Shown here: positions 13,547 through 27,736 of the stretch, piece by piece | Position numbering within the stretch: the first letter of the stretch is position 1 | Layout: each line of letters opens with the position of its first letter | Origin: Bigelowiella natans CCMP2755 | Taxonomy: Eukaryota; Protista; Cercozoa | Direction of reading: 5' to 3' | DNA length: 64,000 bases | Assembly: GCA_000320545.1 (NCBI GenBank) | Contig: ADNK01002279.1 | Span: 1-64,000, forward strand | Notes under the pieces: generated by a model | What the model was told of the DNA's origin: nothing | The model's input: only the letters and a program-made list of their open reading frames with translations | Database searches by the model: none | Translations under genes and position numbers: made by a program

Positions 13547-14100
13547 GAGTTGGGGGGGGGGGGGAAGAGAAGGGTGACCAACGCCCCGCTTTCCCTACAA
13601 ACACGCATTGAGCTACTCACCTTATGCGCAGTGCCGTCGTTGTACAAATCGCACGCAAGGTCGTAGAGCCCCATGCTCCTGATGGGGAGGGGTAAGATGG
13701 CAAGGAGGGCAAGACTCATGTACGTAAAGAAATCATTGTATCTTGTCGGAAGCGGACAGGTGGCGCAGAGTAGGTGCATCGTGTAGCGCCTTTGACACTC
13801 GCGTATATTCAGCGGTAGCGACAAGGGGGAAAACACCACCTGCAAGCTTCTAGCATGGGCGAGAAGATACGTCGGTCTGGTTTCAGATTCCTGAGGAAAT
13901 AACGACTCGCAATGATCACCAAGAGCCTCGCGTGTGCATGCATCAGTGCCCTACCTATTGTGCACCATATCCTTGTAGAGTTTCAATGCTGTTTGGAAGC
14001 CTAATGGTGAGGAATGAAAAACACACTCGAATGAGGAGGAAAAATGGTGTCGTTTCGATATTTGTATTATTTTTATATACACACAAACCCAAACAATTAC

Positions 14101-14143
<43 letters not shown>

Positions 14144-14960
14144 TATTTGTATAATACACAGTTATTCATCGCGTCCATTGTACTGCATGTGAAACCCAAG
14201 CAGTAATTGCGGCCTGACCTTCCTCCCCATTGAGCGAGTAAGCTCTTATTCGAACCTGGCGGCATTTGAAGGCATGCACACAACGTTATAAAAAAAAAAA
14301 AAAGCATTCTTGAAGATTGTACTCAGTTGCATAATCTGTATCGACGATAGGAAATATGCAGCAATGCTCGAAGACTAGCTGTCGGTGATTTTCCTCAATA
14401 GAATGAGAAAAACAACTGCACGCATACATTATACTCTCCAGAAAACTACACGTTTGTGATTTCCATCATGTGGTTATTCGCGGTGTGGAATAGCTCATTT
14501 GTACCCCTATGGTCTTCGAGTAGAACTGCTTTTCGTCGTAGGCTGATTGTAAAGCCTCCATGATCTCTTCCAATATCGGCAGCCGCCCCTCACCCGCGCA
14601 CAGAAATAGCACCTAATCCCGACGATTCATCGATGCATCTTGCTCAGCTAAATCGAAAACTTCCATCGATCTGTTACGATGTGCAAAGTACCTGCTGGTA
14701 GCGTGCTAGAAGAAGCTTTTCCTTGGATTTTACGCTGGAATTCCGGAGGCGCGGGACGAGGCGCTCTGCATCGTGGAAAGAGTAGTTGTGTTTATCGTTG
14801 CCACCCCCTGCGCAGCTCGACACACGCTCAGCATGAAGCGTTTGTATTTGCACTTGCGTACGTCCTTACCTAAAAGAGCGAATGCCTCTTCGTATCTGTC
14901 CTCCTTTGTGCACGCATCGATGCCTGAAAACACGTTGCATTGATGTGTGAAGCTTGTCAT
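7935..14960 (-). CDS. PRORP: Proteinaceous RNase P (PPR + NYN metallonuclease), multi-exon; start codon probably further upstream
   Basis: Phase-consistent exons give EVWIDAANVGFFKQ (11161-11091), AQTIVE|KWRKEGALYLTPSGLNDDHFWM|YGAIRS (9941-9877), VYLVSNDLLRDHRY, AIQPTQELSTGAW|MFP and RVRWLLC...TAA (7935). PPR-like N-terminal exons include LKPDRRIFSPMLEAC and GIDACTKEDRYEEAFALL. These match the PRORP motifs DGAN, TP.GSNDDWYWLYAA, TNDEMRDH and WLC. Confidence 0.92.
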
Positions 14961-16029
14961 CGAGTGTTATCCGAATGACTATTTGCCTTTCATTATCTCG
15001 ATGTCTTCGGCGTCGAGGGTTTTCTTCACTTTACTGTCCGCACTGCTGTGATCTGGAGCATCCTTGTTTCTCTTCTCTCCGCCTCCCCCCACTGCAAATA
15101 ACTCGGTCGATGGCCGCTTCTTTGCCCCACCTCGGAGTACCCCTCTAAAAATGTCTAAGTAGCTCTGGAGAGCTACACGTTCTATTCTAGGTTTACCATG
15201 CGAAACACTATTGAATAGTAAACCCGTCAGCCTGTGCCCGGAGGGTACGATAACAGATGCTGGCCTTGAGGCACTCAAGCGGCGCTGTGAGCACGGGGAG
15301 AGATTCACGCTCCCCGTCCTTTCCGCGGTCTTCGAAGAGGGCTGGTGCAAACACATGATGAAGGCAAAGAGGAGGAGCCACCAGAGCCTACACGATGTTG
15401 CGTGAAGCTACGTCAGCAAGGCAAGCATGCAGCGCTCACAACATACTCTACAAAATCTACCCCAGCCGGAGGGACCCTGCGCCCACCATCATCGTCGTTA
15501 GCAGAATCTTCAAAAACGGACTGTATTTCAGAAAAAATATTGGCAAAAATTGAATTTTCCAAAAAAAATCGCCTCTTCCGCGACCCACATCCGAAGACCA
15601 AACGGTCCTCCTCCTTCCCCCCCGCTGGCTCTTCGGAGCAATCTAGATGGCCAGCTCCTCGTCCAGCCCGGCCGATTACTAAGAAAAATTGGACGAATGC
15701 AAGAAGAGGCAGGCTGCAACTTTGGATGATCTGCGTGCTCAGGAGGGGAGGAGAGCGACTGCAGCGAAGAAGTGCAAAACCCTCAAGATGGGCGGGTTTG
15801 GTGCCATCGAGGATGAAGTTGAAGGAAAGCTGAAACAGTTTCGCTCCTTCATTTCAACGCAGATCGAACAAAACATCTTCCGGGTGTGATTGACAAAGTC
15901 AGAACGTCCCAAAACTGCGCCCATTTTCTCTTTTTTTCCTTCTGAGCGCAAAAGGTGGAGGGGCGTTGTGTCAGCGTCCTTGAGGAGCACACCGAAGAAA
16001 TTGTGTCCTGCAATGCGAAGCCTGCTGAG

Positions 16030-17400
16030 TCACCACACTGAAGTTGTCAAGTAGCAGTTGATCATCAACGTGTGTGACACACTACCACACACAGCAAAAA
16101 AAAGAGAGAAAGACACTGCAACACGGTGATGTGGTGCACGACAGGCGCAGGCAAAGAAACATCGTTCACTGTCACTCCTTGTGTGTGATTGTGGTTTGCC
16201 AGAGCATTGGCACACCCGGATGCGGGGAGCACATGGGAACAGTGTGTGAGCATTGCATTGGAGCTTCTAGTTTTTGGTGAGACACCAATGAAGGTGTCTT
16301 TGTTGCGTCGCTTTCACGATCATTTTCGCTAGTTTGGGGTGTTTGCTCGAACACTTCTACAAAATTGCCACTTCTGGCTAGCTGGCGCGCTTCATTGTCG
16401 GTGAATTGGGCACTTTGTGAGTGTGCTAGTGTGAGAGCGAGGCGTGGACTGCCGCACCACCTTTGGATCACACATGACCTGCCAGAATTGGAGAGCCCCT
16501 GGAGCGCCGGCAAATGACAAATCTAGAAATACGACCGTCTTTTTGACCTGTCACTGAGCAACTCCACGATCCATCGAGTCGCTTCGAGACTTCGAGACTT
16601 CAGACCAGCTGGTGGGCGAGCTGCGCTGCGCGGCCACCTGTTTCACCTGTGGAACAGGTCGACTTGCTAGCTTGGGGTTGGAGAAAACTTGGTGGAGCCG
16701 CTAGGCCGCCCTGTTTGACAAGGAGGGCTCGCAGGGCTAGCTAGCTAGAGGGATTGCTAGTGACCCCTAGACCCAGCCGGTGGTCATTCGCGCTAGCTCG
16801 CCTACGCTCTCGAAACGGTGAAGCACCGAACACGTTGAATTGAACGTTGAATTGAAGATCAATGCATGCAAAAATGACATGCAGCGTCGTGAACATGTTT
16901 GACATTGAACATTGAAAGAACATGGAACATTGAACATTGAACACAATGATGAACATTGGACAAATCATCAATGCAAAAACTACATGAGCATGAACCACAT
17001 GGGAGACAAGCGCCAACACAAGTGCACAACGTGCGCGTGAACCGCACTTCAGCATTGAACTCTGAACACTGAAAGTTGAACTGAGCATTCCAGCATTGCC
17101 TAGATTGCTGGATGGGTGCAACACAAAATGTGCGAAAGAACCACATGGGAGACACACATTTGCACGCAGCAGAACCTGCAAACAAAAATCATTGCGAGGA
17201 CTTGTCAGCACCCTCTAGTCCTCTAGCCCTGTCCAGCTGTTGGTGGTGATTGTTGTCAAGGCTGGCTAGCTGGTCACCACGCGATGCGAAGTCTGCTTCC
17301 TCTTTTTTCACCACCACCCAAATCTTAGCAAGTTTGAAGAACAGAAGAATCTCATCAAAACTAAAGTGCGCCCGCGGTGTGTCTAGGTGCCGCATCTAGC
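16030..17400. repeat. TpA-depleted degenerate repeat tract C with TGAACAT heptamer array
   Basis: TA is almost confined to CTAG (e.g. gggctagctagctagag at about 16735-16750). Imperfect (TGAACAT)n at about 16835-16960. Homologous motif to tracts A and H. Confidence 0.8.
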
Positions 17401-17879
17401 CCTTGAGGGAGGCGAGCAAGGTGGATTTGAGCCTCTCAGTGACTTCCGACTCCATCATCTATTCTGAGTCGCAAATTGAACCGAAAACACAACTGCGACA
17501 TGAAATTAGAGTAGATTTTGCCCAAAAAAGGAGAAGTTCCCCATTCCCATTTGAAACGCCACCCCCAAAGGAAGCCACCACTGTCTGTCCTCCAGTAGGC
17601 ATTCCGAGGTCAGCGCATGCATTCGAGATTTGCACTGGGAATCCTGTTAGCATGTTTTTGTTTCGCTTCGATGTATTTCTGCAAACACTCTCCCGTCGCC
17701 CCTGCCCCCTTTCAACCTTTCAACCAAGGATAGGGTTAAACTTTCCAGGTAACTTAACCGTGCGGTCCGATCAGAACACCAGCGTTCGAGTTCGGAAGCT
17801 CATTTGCTGCAATGAGTCGAGTAAGAATACTCATTAAATATAAACAGTGTTGGTACTCTAAAGAACTATTCAGTCGAAA

Positions 17880-19057
17880 CTCCAAAATGCACTAAAGAAG
17901 TATATCAGAGTTTCAGAGAACCATTTGTGGCACCATACATTGCATGCCAGGTTACATCTACGATACTAGGCGACGAGAAGAGCCAAACAGAGTTCAAGTG
18001 AGATGCTGCACTGATCTCAATGATATACTGTCGCATCAACCATACTCATGCATATCGTAAACCGCACATCCAGGCTGAAGAAAGGAGAATTGTTTGCCAA
18101 TACGAACGGTGTACTCGAAGGAAAAATCATCGAGTTCAACTACATTCCTCGCTCAGGGTAAACAATACAAAATATACATTACGGTGGCTTCTCTATATTT
18201 GCTAGTCCTTGGTAATTTGGGTTATTGTGGTCACAGAATATGCAATCGATCTGCATAGAAGATGAAATATCCCTTCGTCTAATCTCGCAAAATATGATTA
18301 TGCTGTGCTGATAATACACAGCAAACGTTCGAAATTCCATACGCTTGTTCGCCGTGTCTTCACCCCGTATGGGAATAAAGTCATCACCCAAAAGCTCACA
18401 GATGTCTCTAAAATCGAATCCCTGGCCAGGATGGCGACGCTTGCAGGTGTCGTTTCACCATCGATCATATACTTTCAAATGTAAGAGTTTTACTGCATAT
18501 ACGTATGTTGAGGCCTGTCTTTACCAATAAAGCAAAAAAAGAGCGTAATTGACTACAGAGGCCGATAAGCATTTTGTCCGAATAATTAGGAGTAAAAGGC
18601 TTGGAGAACGTATCAGATAGCACCACGAGCGGCAACAACCCGCCCCCACCGCCGTTTCGAACCAAGTACCTAACGAAAAGCACTCGTTCTCTCCTTTTTT
18701 CATCCGCCTTGAAACACTTTGAAACGGAATGCTGCGAATGCCAAAATAAGAAATAATGTCAAATAATATGAGTCGCGGGCAAGGAAGGGGGTACTTCCGC
18801 GAGTCAGGGATGCATACTTCAGCATATACTGTCACGATTTAAATAAGTAAATTTCCCACAGTGCACAGATTGCTCATCTATATGAAGCGTTGCGTGACGG
18901 TAGGATTGCTGCAATGGCTCTATATTTGTCAATAATGCTGTTGTAGGCGAATGTCAAGCAACCCGCCACCACCTCCAAGAACCGCCAAAGATATTGTGCA
19001 AGAGCTGCCTTCGGTTCAACGGAGGTTAGAACAGTAGATTAACCCTATTATAAATAA

Positions 19058-19104
<47 letters not shown>

Positions 19105-19386
19105 TATGATTATATTAATATACATATATCATAAACTCTAATGTAATATGGTAAAATGAATTGACGTGAATACTCGCGCGCGTGTGCATTATCCAAATAT
19201 CTAATTAGCCGGTTTCGATATGCATTTTATGGTTTGCGTTCCTATTCCCTCCCTCACAGCAGCAGCTTAGAATCAACGGCTACGCAGCATACGGATACTC
19301 AGCAGGTAAATTGCTACAAATCATTTAAGACTACTGCTTTTATAGTATTTTATTATCATCCATGGTTTGTTTGGAGGTAGCTTAAT

Positions 19387-19427
<41 letters not shown>

Positions 19428-19571
19428 CATGCATTAACGCACACACATATTTACTGGACTGCTACACACACACGCACTTGTGTGTGTGTGTGTATATATA
19501 TATACTACATAATTGTGTTAAATGGGCTTCATGTTTGTTTCTTACTCTGGTTTGTATAACGAGCATCTTTG

Positions 19572-19622
<51 letters not shown>

Positions 19623-19770
19623 TTACTTTGGTAAAATCTTCAATTGCAGCCATTTCTTCGAGACTCTTCGGACAATTTGCTACCTGGCGAGGGAAGAAGG
19701 AGGTTGGTACTAATGCTGCAAGAATTCAAACCCATGTGCATTTGTCTTAGAAAACAGTAGAGAACGAGCG

Positions 19771-19811
<41 letters not shown>

Positions 19812-20422
19812 TTTACATGTCATCTCGCGTAATAGTAGCGATTGAAGCATTAGAGTCGCACTCGGTCATGTCCGCCACCAACGACGATTTTCCATAACAT
19901 TATGAATTGGAACTGTATGCCAAGTTCGGTGCGAATGCCTCACGACGTAATAATCCTGATTGAATCTCAGCCGTCGATCGTCCAGCGTCCCCCCCCCCCC
20001 TCCCGAGGGTGACCGATCCAGGTTTGATTGATAGTCTCTAGTCTCTCCCATTCACCAGAAAGCGAGCATCACAGATACGATTGTTTGGTGGATTGTTTAT
20101 CGCTTTGAAGAAATATCCAAAACTCTTCTAGTGTAGTACGTGTCACGTGCGAGCGCTCTTTGAGTTCCTTCACTAGTGGCGTCAGTCTTTTGTGTTCCGT
20201 TTTATTCCGCCATTCATATCTTCAAAATATTTAGTGCATTTTGTACTCTATGATCTTTTCCCCCGCCCCCACTGCTCCTGATGTGGTAGGAGCCCACCTG
20301 CGTCCAATCGACGTAACCACCACGCGACTCATAGAGGCGAAAACCAGCGTGATGTTAAGACGAATGCGGACCGTGACGAATGTAGTCATACTCCTCTTCC
20401 TCTCTCTCCGTCTCCATCTCTA

Positions 20423-20480
<58 letters not shown>

Positions 20481-20795
20481 TGGTCGATCTTTAAAAATAA
20501 ATGCCACCGGCGCAAAGAATTCTCCTTCGAAGTAGCGTACATCGCCCAAACTCCACACCTTTGCTACTTGCTGCCTTGCTTGTAAAGCATATGTGTTTCT
20601 TGATTGGCATTAACGTTTGCTGTGATGGTTGTTTTTCCTGGTCGGACTGCAGCTGTCACCCCCCCCCCTGTTCCGAAGTTGGTACGCATACGGGGGAATC
20701 GAAGCTCGGCTCAGAGCTCAGAGGCGCCGCCCTCTAGTAATTGTGTGTGGAAGTATGCGTGTTATAAAAATGTTTATTTTTTCTGTATGCTTGTG

Positions 20796-20845
<50 letters not shown>

Positions 20846-21098
20846 GAGGGGATAGGAGGGGGACAGAGAGAAAGAGAGGTAGAGGAAGTGAGAAAAAAGA
20901 GAGAAGGATAATTCCGAGCTCAAGAATTGCGTTATTTGTCATCTCCCAACCTCTTTCTTCTTGTTCTTCGCGCATTTGCACGCTAAACCAAAGGGCCCCC
21001 ACCTCGCCTACCGAGTTCTTCCACCTCCCCATCGTCGAGGAGACGTACACAGAGCTCCGTCGCCCCACCACCCAGTACTACCGAAGCTTACTCAATAT

Positions 21099-21139
<41 letters not shown>

Positions 21140-21330
21140 TTGTTTCACATCTCCTTTTTCTACCACTTTTTTTTCTGTCCAAAGGGCCGCCCCCCCCCCT
21201 GCCTGATCCCCCGCTAAGAAAGAGAACTCAGAGCTCCATCGTACCACCGCCAAGTAACCTTAGGAGGCGACATATTAATGCAATACACAAACATAGATAT
21301 GTTATATATCAAAAATATATGCATATTATA

Positions 21331-21379
<49 letters not shown>

Positions 21380-22679
21380 ATACTCATGTGCTTGTGTGCG
21401 TGTGTTGTTTTGCGCCCTTGTTGGTTGACTCTCGTGTGTGCTCAGGGATACCCTCATCAGTGTCTCATTCAACGGATGGCGACTCCGCACAGGTAGGTAG
21501 AGGGGGGAGGGGGGAGGGGAACAGAGGTACTGCCCCAGAACTTTGGGGAAGCACATAATACTGAAGATTGATTGGGATCGTTCTCGGTGACCTTTGGGGC
21601 CATTTTTGAGGGAGACAAAACTATTTTTCAGGGTAAATGATAGATTTCGGCCTTTGGGGATGTTGGTGATTGAGCACACGCATTGTTTATCATTCACTGA
21701 AAGTGAGATCGTATGCTCATCAGCTGAGAGACTCGGTGGCGAGCACATACATCCCTCCCCCCCCTCCCGCACGGCAGCAAGAGCTGCATCCTCAGACCGC
21801 CCTTAAGGTGAAGTAGTAATGTGAAGATGATCGTATCGATTTGAGATGTGCCGAGAACATATCAGATGATATTTTGTTACAACCCTTAGATTCTCCCGCT
21901 CATAGTCGGTGAGAAGGACCATGCGTCTGCAAAACCGAGAAGGTAGGGAAAAGCGGGGGAGAGGGAAAGAGAGGGAGGGAGAGAGAGAGGAGAGGGAGAG
22001 GGCAAGAACGCTTTTCCAATTGTACTAGCAGCTGCGGACAAGAAAGGGATAAAAACTACCTCTTCAACAGCTAACATATAGTTCCACAATCCCTCCTCCT
22101 TTAGTATCAAAAGCCATTTATGTTTCCAATAAGTCGTCTCTAAATCGCCCCCCCCCCCAACCCCCCATTGGATTCAGAGGGAAGAAGAAGAGCTTCCACA
22201 AAATCAGCGGGAGTGCTAATCTAATCCGCACAGAAGGGTGGTTAAAAGAGTAAAAATGACGAGGAGCCTATTCAGCAATAGCCCACAAATCTTCCCCGGT
22301 TTTTATTCTAAGCATTCGTTCCCCCGCCCCCTTCCAATATCGAATATACTCGTTGTTTTCGTACTTTTTGGGTATTTTCTTGATTTTGCGCTGCAAGCTT
22401 TGGAGATCGAACGATTCTTCTTGTTGGCAGGGATTAGTGACCTACGAACGACCAACACCAACGTGGAGGGAGGGGGGGAGAAAGCTCAGGAAGATGACGA
22501 CGAGAATGAGATGTACAAACAGGTGAAGTCAGATCGAGAGCATAAACAAATTGATGCAAGCCATCTTAAGCCCCATTACAAGCATTGCAGCTCAAAAGCT
22601 TCTCCTCCTTGTTAATATTGTCTATGTTAAACTCACTGCATTGCAGATGAAGGCCATTCTAGAGGCGGATGTAGCATCG

Positions 22680-22716
<37 letters not shown>

Positions 22717-24805
22717 TGGTATTTGTCGTGGTAGTTACCAATTCAACTTTGGATCTTCGCCGAGTGCATAAGACGATGGGAAAGAGAGTAAAAGGAGAGA
22801 GTGAGCGCGCGCGCGCGAGAGAGAGAAAGAGAGAGAGGGAGAGAGAGAGGAAGGGGTGGGTAGCAAGAGGCGTCAAAGGCAGCATTTCCTTTCGCCAAAC
22901 CGCGAAATCACAGCCTCTCAGGCATACGACACACAAGCACGATGCACACACGCGTAACCCTACTTTCTAACCTCTGCAGGGAGCTATCACAGCCGGAGAG
23001 AAGGACGTCATTTTGTCCAAACTGGCGAAATCGCAGGTTGTTGACTATGGCCTTCTGCTCGAGCCGCAAATGTGAAGATCGTTTTGTGCATTACCTTACT
23101 CTGTTTTGGGTCGTTGGTTAGGACGAGGGCATGCAGATGGAGATAGAAGACATTCCTAGCTACATGTACCTCCCCCGCTGCTTGATCACTGATAAAATCA
23201 AAGGTCCAGTACCCCCTGCCCACCGCTGATTGCCACAGCGCCGCCGTTAATCATATCACATCGTGCTGACGGCGAGAGTGAGTGTGTGTGAGCTAACCCG
23301 CCGGTGTAGGTGAGTGTTTGGCCATTTGTGGTTTGACTTGCGTGCACGCCTTCTTCGGCCACTTAGATGGGTACTTCTCCGAAATAATTGGGAGCGGCAG
23401 CTATGAGGACGCGGATGTGACCCCCAATGCAGCAGTGCTGATGATTGACAGTCTCTACAAGCAAGTACGGAATCAGCTCTATGTTCTTTCTTTGACCAGA
23501 AAATGCACGCGTGTAGAGACGCATAAACAATACAAATCGCTGTTTATTCACGCTGCTTATACACAGCATATGTACAAGCATCCTCCCCCCCGCCGCCCCC
23601 CTTTACAGACAAGGAGCACACTCTGGTAGTTTGTTGATATGAGCAATATATTCTCTTTTTGCATGTGAAGGTGAAGGAATTGAGTCTTGAGATCTCGCAA
23701 ATGAATGCCGAATTCCATTCCTTTCTCGTGAAGGTAGAAAAACATCACCGTCTAGAAACAGAACGTGTACTAACTAATGTCGTGAGACGGGGTGTGTGGA
23801 AGGAATATACACAACAGCTGCAGCCTTTGCGCTGCGCAATTCGCAACTACGCTTTTAGATTTGACTTGACCGTTTCTTGCAGAACGAAGGTGCCTCTGAG
23901 GTAGCGACGGAGCATCTAAGCAACAGGTGCGAAGAATTCGCATTTAATGCGCCATTGATGGCAGTCCCACAGTGTTTCTTTTACAAAACAAAACAACTGT
24001 CGCAAAGATCCAACATCGGCCTTAATGCGTGCTACGTGCCCTTTGACGTGAGAAGATCTACCGCGTCATTCCCTTTCCGCAGCTTGTTCTCCAATCCTGT
24101 GGAACACGTGTGTGCATGCTGCCTCAGTGCATTGCTGGCCGAAATGTTCCTTACACTTTGCTCTTTTGTCCACAGAATATCCGTGTTAGCCGGGTACATG
24201 GAGGAGTGCGATGAAGTTCTTGTTAGCAAGACAAAGCCGTCCGTTTTAAGCAGATCGGGCAGCAGTATGAATAGTAACGAAGCTGCGTCGGCTTCGCCCC
24301 ATTGTAAGTTTTCCTCTACCCGAGACTTGATATGCATTCTGACGTCGATATGTTTTATTTTGGCTAATAGTTGTGTTTTTATATCATCTTCGTAACTGAG
24401 AGCGTCGCATCTGTGTTTGGGGGATGCATCCAATGAACTGAACTAACGCCACATTGTTTCCTTTACCGCTCTCCAACGCAATTCTTCTTAGCGGGCTCAT
24501 TGGGGAGAAACAATAACACGAGCACAAAAGCTACAACAGAGGAGTACGGTTGGATCAGCAAGCCGGCCAGGTCAGCAAAGCCAACTGTCAATGCTTCTCC
24601 TTCCAGGAAAGTGAAAGAGAGGTGAGTGGGGGGCGGTGTTTGGTAAACGATAAAATGGGATGGGGGAGGGGTGGGGTTGGGGTTAGAGAGGGGCATGGGA
24701 TCTATCTTGATCGATACGAATAAACGACAAATACTTTAAGATCTAAGATGTGTATGGGAATATTGCTCGTATGATCCATCTCCAACTCACAAAAAAATCA
24801 TATTT

Positions 24806-24853
<48 letters not shown>

Positions 24854-26720
24854 TTCATGAAAACTTCGCTTCATAAAGCGCTCACACACGCCGTATGTAC
24901 CCAGATCGCCTACGAGTAAGCATGTACCGCCCCCTCTCTCATTAAGTCGTTCCGCGCCGCAAGTTTCCTCCCGCTCTCGCGGCGCAATTCATCGAAGGCG
25001 AAAGCGAGTCCCCAGCCTCCAAGAACACGGAGGTAATCAGGTCTCTTCCTCCTTGGTCGAGAGTCTTGTAAAGAGCCTGAATCAACCGATGGATGGTCGC
25101 GCCTCACCCGTTGGTACTAAAAGTACGATAATTCCTGCATCGTGACGTCCTCCTCGGGACAGCTAGAGCAAGCTGCTGTTGTGTAGAGCGATGTGTGGTT
25201 GCTATGAAGACGTGTTGTTTTTTGGGGAAAGAAAGGCCTGTGCGTTAATTCTTTGTGTTCGTTGTGATCTGCGTGCGTAGCAGCGTCATGGAGAAATCCC
25301 AACGCAAAGACCCAAGCCCCTGGTAAAAGGACATGAAGCTATTCTAGATGATGGATGAATGTGTATACGACCGAGGTGGAGATGGTTGCGAGAGTGAGGG
25401 AGAAATTGGGAATATACCGAAATTCTGAGCGTGATTTATTGCCTAGATGCGTCGCATCCTGTTCTTCGCTCGGCCCCAATGTTTGGAGCGATGGAGAGGG
25501 TATTGCGCTTACTTCCATGTGTTTCATCAACATCCACCGTGGCATCGAAGTCTAAAAAGCTGTGTGCGCCATGTTCTCCCTCGTTTTGCCGTGGTGACCT
25601 GCGATTAAGATCGAGCGTAGTGGCCCCCTTTTTTTATTTCAAAAATGAATTTGTGCATCTAAGAGAGGAATCTTCACAAGAAGAGAGAGTGCATTTGAGA
25701 AACGTGCGAATCCTGTTCTTCGCTATTTGGGTATTACAAGCGGAATCGATGGAAGCAGTCCCTATTACGATGATAGTGAGGAGAAGATATGTGCAGGAGC
25801 CTCAAGTGCAATGCCCATGCGTACATGTCTAAATTTGATGATAAACTATCCGTTTCCAGGCTATCGAAAAGGGAAATCCAGAGGAGTGCAAAAGGTTGAG
25901 TTGTTTAGTAGTTCAGATATTATATATATATGTATTTTCAAATATATATTCTTAATTTTATATACTAGCGCATTTACCATGAAAATATGTTCATTGACAA
26001 TCTCACTCTCCCAAACACTCGACAGCAGCGGAGATCTTCGCGCGAAATTACTGCTACCCATGGCTTCGGAAGGTAGGGCCAAACGATGAGAAAGTGGGCG
26101 GTCACTGGATTTCGTTTTACGCTATCTTTCCGGGAACAGAGGCCGCGTGCGACGAGCTCTTTCTTCTTGTTTGAAATGATGGCGTGAGTTGGCATTTTGA
26201 TATCTGTCAAACAGGGCCGAGAAGGTTGAGACTACGGGAGAGGAAAATCGGTACTAACTTCATACATTTCGAATTAGATTTAGAATGGTCATCGTCTGGC
26301 GGTGGGTCCTCCTAGAAGTGGGGGGGGCGAGGGTGGGAGTAAGAAGGTTTTTCGTTGTTCGTTTTCTGATTCTTTAGAGGGATCTCTGTTTCGGTGTTTG
26401 TCTCCATAATTGTGATGGATATGCCTTTCTTTTTTCACCTTGCAAAGTCGGTTCTAACGTGACGAATAGCCTTGAGAGCATAAGGTAGCAACACGGATGC
26501 AGGGCTACCAGCAGTCACCATTGCAAAAACTATCATTGCCATTATTATTATTTTTTTATTATTATTATTATTATAAACATAAAAACTATGGATATGGTTC
26601 TTCGGAAACGACAGATACATCGCTAGCACAGAGCAGTTATAGAGCGTGTCTTTGTCGCATGTGCTCAGTGATGACGGGGAAAAGGATGCAAAAGTACGGA
26701 AGAATGGCAAAAGCACGTCT
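17880..26720 (+). CDS. Multi-exon gene(s) of unknown product with a proline-rich linker; may be more than one gene
   Basis: Many short ag...gt-bounded open exons. Example: 21724-21807 (LRDSVASTYIPPPPPARQQELHPQTALK) joins in phase 0 to 21890 (ILPLIVGEKDH). Others read DGYFSEIIGSGSYEDADVTPNAAVLMIDSLYKQ and VKELSLEISQMNAEFHSFLVK. No family recognised; boundaries are approximate. Confidence 0.45.
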
Positions 26721-26899
26721 ATGGCTTCCGATGTAGGAACGGTACGCTGTCGGCAAGTGCCGTATTATTAGTTCTAATTGTAAGTTTCTCCTGCAAATTG
26801 GGTGCAAGTTTATGCGTAGTCTTCTTCAAGTTAGCCCCTCGTAAATATCCATATTTTGCGAAGGAAAAATATGGAAAAAAGAAAAAGTAGCGATGTACG

Positions 26900-27688
26900 A
26901 GGTTTCTCGGTTATGTTCTTGTTTTCAAGACATCCAAAACCAAAGGGAAAGCAGAGTTGTTTTCGCACATACTTGGCATATTTGCGGTGTTGCTGTTTCC
27001 TTGATTCCGTTTGTTTTGTTTTCTCACTCCTTCGCTTCTTTTTGCATTGGTCTCGGTGTCAGTTCTGCAACTTTCAGCCGATTTTGTCCAAAAAGAACAT
27101 GAGTCCTGCTCGGGATGGGGTTTTGCTACGGTTAGGAACGTCTGCTGCACATCATATCGTTCAATCTCTGAGCGCGTTGTATCGCTAAGATAAAAAATGA
27201 ATAGATGAGTTCTTTTCTAGGTTTGTGGGTGGTTTTTTTTTTCTTTTTAAGAAAACAGAATAATACACGTGAATTGTATATGCTTGCATTCTGGGGTCGT
27301 ACGACCCCATCACACACAAACCAAAGCTGCCAATGGTATGGTTCTTATTGAGATGTACGGCTTGAAGGTCAATGACGAATAGCCCTGGTTTACTGGGATC
27401 GAAGAAAAGCGTTAGGGAGGACCTCATCAGACTATGGTTGTTGCGTGCGTAGTGAGCATAGCATTCTTACGAGAAACACACACACAAACCGTTCGAAGCT
27501 TTGGCGCAGAATGGAGGGAGATGGAATCGATTTCCCCGAGCAATCGGTTTGCTCAAGCGACGTTAAGACGCCTTTTGGATAGAAATCGTCTCTTTTTTAT
27601 AGCCACGAATACTGAAGCTTTCGGATTTTTCTGTCCTATTGATCGGTGTACTTACGAAGTTTAGATTATATATAATATTTATACATAT

Positions 27689-27736
<48 letters not shown>

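Noticed and set aside
15211-15889. Plus-strand ORFs as a transposon accessory gene
   Set aside because: No recognisable motif, TpA content is normal, and the region may be antisense to the unresolved 5' end of PRORP.
19860-27430. Apparent in-frame TAA/TAG read-through (ciliate-type code) at about 19900, 20350, 22570 and 27390
   Set aside because: These frames appear to be antisense to the likely exons. PRORP terminates at a TAA right after its conserved C-terminus, and none of the reconstructed genes needs recoding.
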